Shown here: in pieces, positions 31,548-32,000 of the stretch
Layout: the number at the start of each line of letters is the position of its first letter
Numbering within the stretch: the stretch's first letter is position 1
Assembly (NCBI GenBank): GCA_963843975.1
Contig: CAWJMG010000003.1
Span: 30,001 to 62,000 of the forward strand
Length of the DNA: 32,000 nucleotides
DNA from: an uncultured Actinomycetes bacterium
GTDB taxonomy: Bacteria > Actinomycetota > Actinomycetes > S36-B12 > CAIYMF01
Direction of reading: 5' to 3'
The notes under the pieces: model-generated
Told to the model about the DNA's origin: nothing
Databases searched by the model: none
The model's input: only the letters and a program-made list of their open reading frames with translations
Made by a program: the position numbers and the translations under genes

Positions 31548-32000
31548 GTGGCACAGACCGCTTCGTCGTACGGCCTGGAGCCGGTGCGCGTGCTCGCCAC
31601 GCACGAGCTGGTGCTCGACCAGATCCGGACGGCGATCAACCTGGGCCGGTTCAGGCCGGGCGACAAGCTCCCCTCCGAGCGCGAGCTGGCAGCGATGCTG
31701 CGGGTGTCGCGCACCACGGTGCGTGAGGCGGTTGCGCTGCTCGAGAGCGAAGGGATCGTGGCCGTGCGCCGCGGACGCGGCGGCGGGATCGTGGTCGTGG
31801 ACCCGGCTCGATCGCGGGCTGAGCTCCGCCGGCTGCTGCGCTCACAGCGAGACGAGCTGCTCGACGTCTTCGACTTCCGCGTGGCCGTCGAGTCGTCCGC
31901 CGCCCGTCTCGCGGCGGCGCGACGGACCAAGCAGGACCTCGAGGCGATGACGCGGCACGTGCAGGCAATGGCGGAGATCATCGAGGATCGGGTCCGCGTC
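31548..32000 (+). CDS. GntR-family regulator, FadR/FCD-like; 3' end outside window
   Basis: Absent from the ORF track because no stop is reached. GTG 31548 (SD GCGAGGAG) opens VAQTASSYGLEP...PGDKLPSERELAAMLRVSRTTVREAVALLESEGIVAVRRGRGGG..., followed by the helical ...DVFDFRVAVESSAARLAA... The frame stays open to 32000. Confidence 0.8.
   Translation, partial: MAQTASSYGLEPVRVLATHELVLDQIRTAINLGRFRPGDKLPSERELAAMLRVSRTTVREAVALLESEGIVAVRRGRGGGIVVVDPARSRAELRRLLRSQRDELLDVFDFRVAVESSAARLAAARRTKQDLEAMTRHVQAMAEIIEDRVRV

Overview
Very GC-rich actinobacterial chromosomal segment; calls rest on reading the translations by eye, with no searches run. Conserved core genes (gpsA 3' end, a Cys/Met PLP enzyme, ddl, then a DUF3515-like lipoprotein, a small Lrp/AsnC protein and thiL) are interrupted by a ~16 kb accessory block (2431-18543). 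The block is two divergent operons around one control region (9942-10250). Leftward: APC permease, acetamidase/formamidase, GlcG/DUF336, a fused B12 diol dehydratase (PduC-PduD), PduE and a reactivase large subunit. Rightward: an RMM-type (aminoacetone/1-amino-2-propanol) bacterial microcompartment operon with a phospho-lyase-like class-III aminotransferase-fold enzyme, acylating aldehyde dehydrogenase, BMC-T, hypothetical, BMC-P, BMC-H, BMC-T, APH-family kinase, SDR, GntR/HutC regulator and a TfoX-like gene. After thiL comes a second accessory block (20532-32000). It holds a paralogous APH-family kinase, RidA, a Cys-rich unknown protein, two glutamine-synthetase-like enzymes, a PuuD-like gamma-glutamyl hydrolase, two SDRs, an AGXT2-like aminotransferase, an acyl-CoA ligase and a FadR-type GntR. 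It is driven from two homologous back-to-back promoter modules about 6 kb apart. Unusual points: (1) BMC-P and BMC-H form one stop-free reading frame; (2) a perfect 16-bp x 6.75 tandem repeat lies inside the BMC operon; (3) four genes, three of them RMM enzymes, each carry a single-nucleotide frame break while the shell genes are intact; (4) two propionaldehyde-producing routes are paired with one shell; (5) the second block has a gene combination I cannot match to any described pathway. No rRNA, tRNA, CRISPR, integrase or transposase was recognised.
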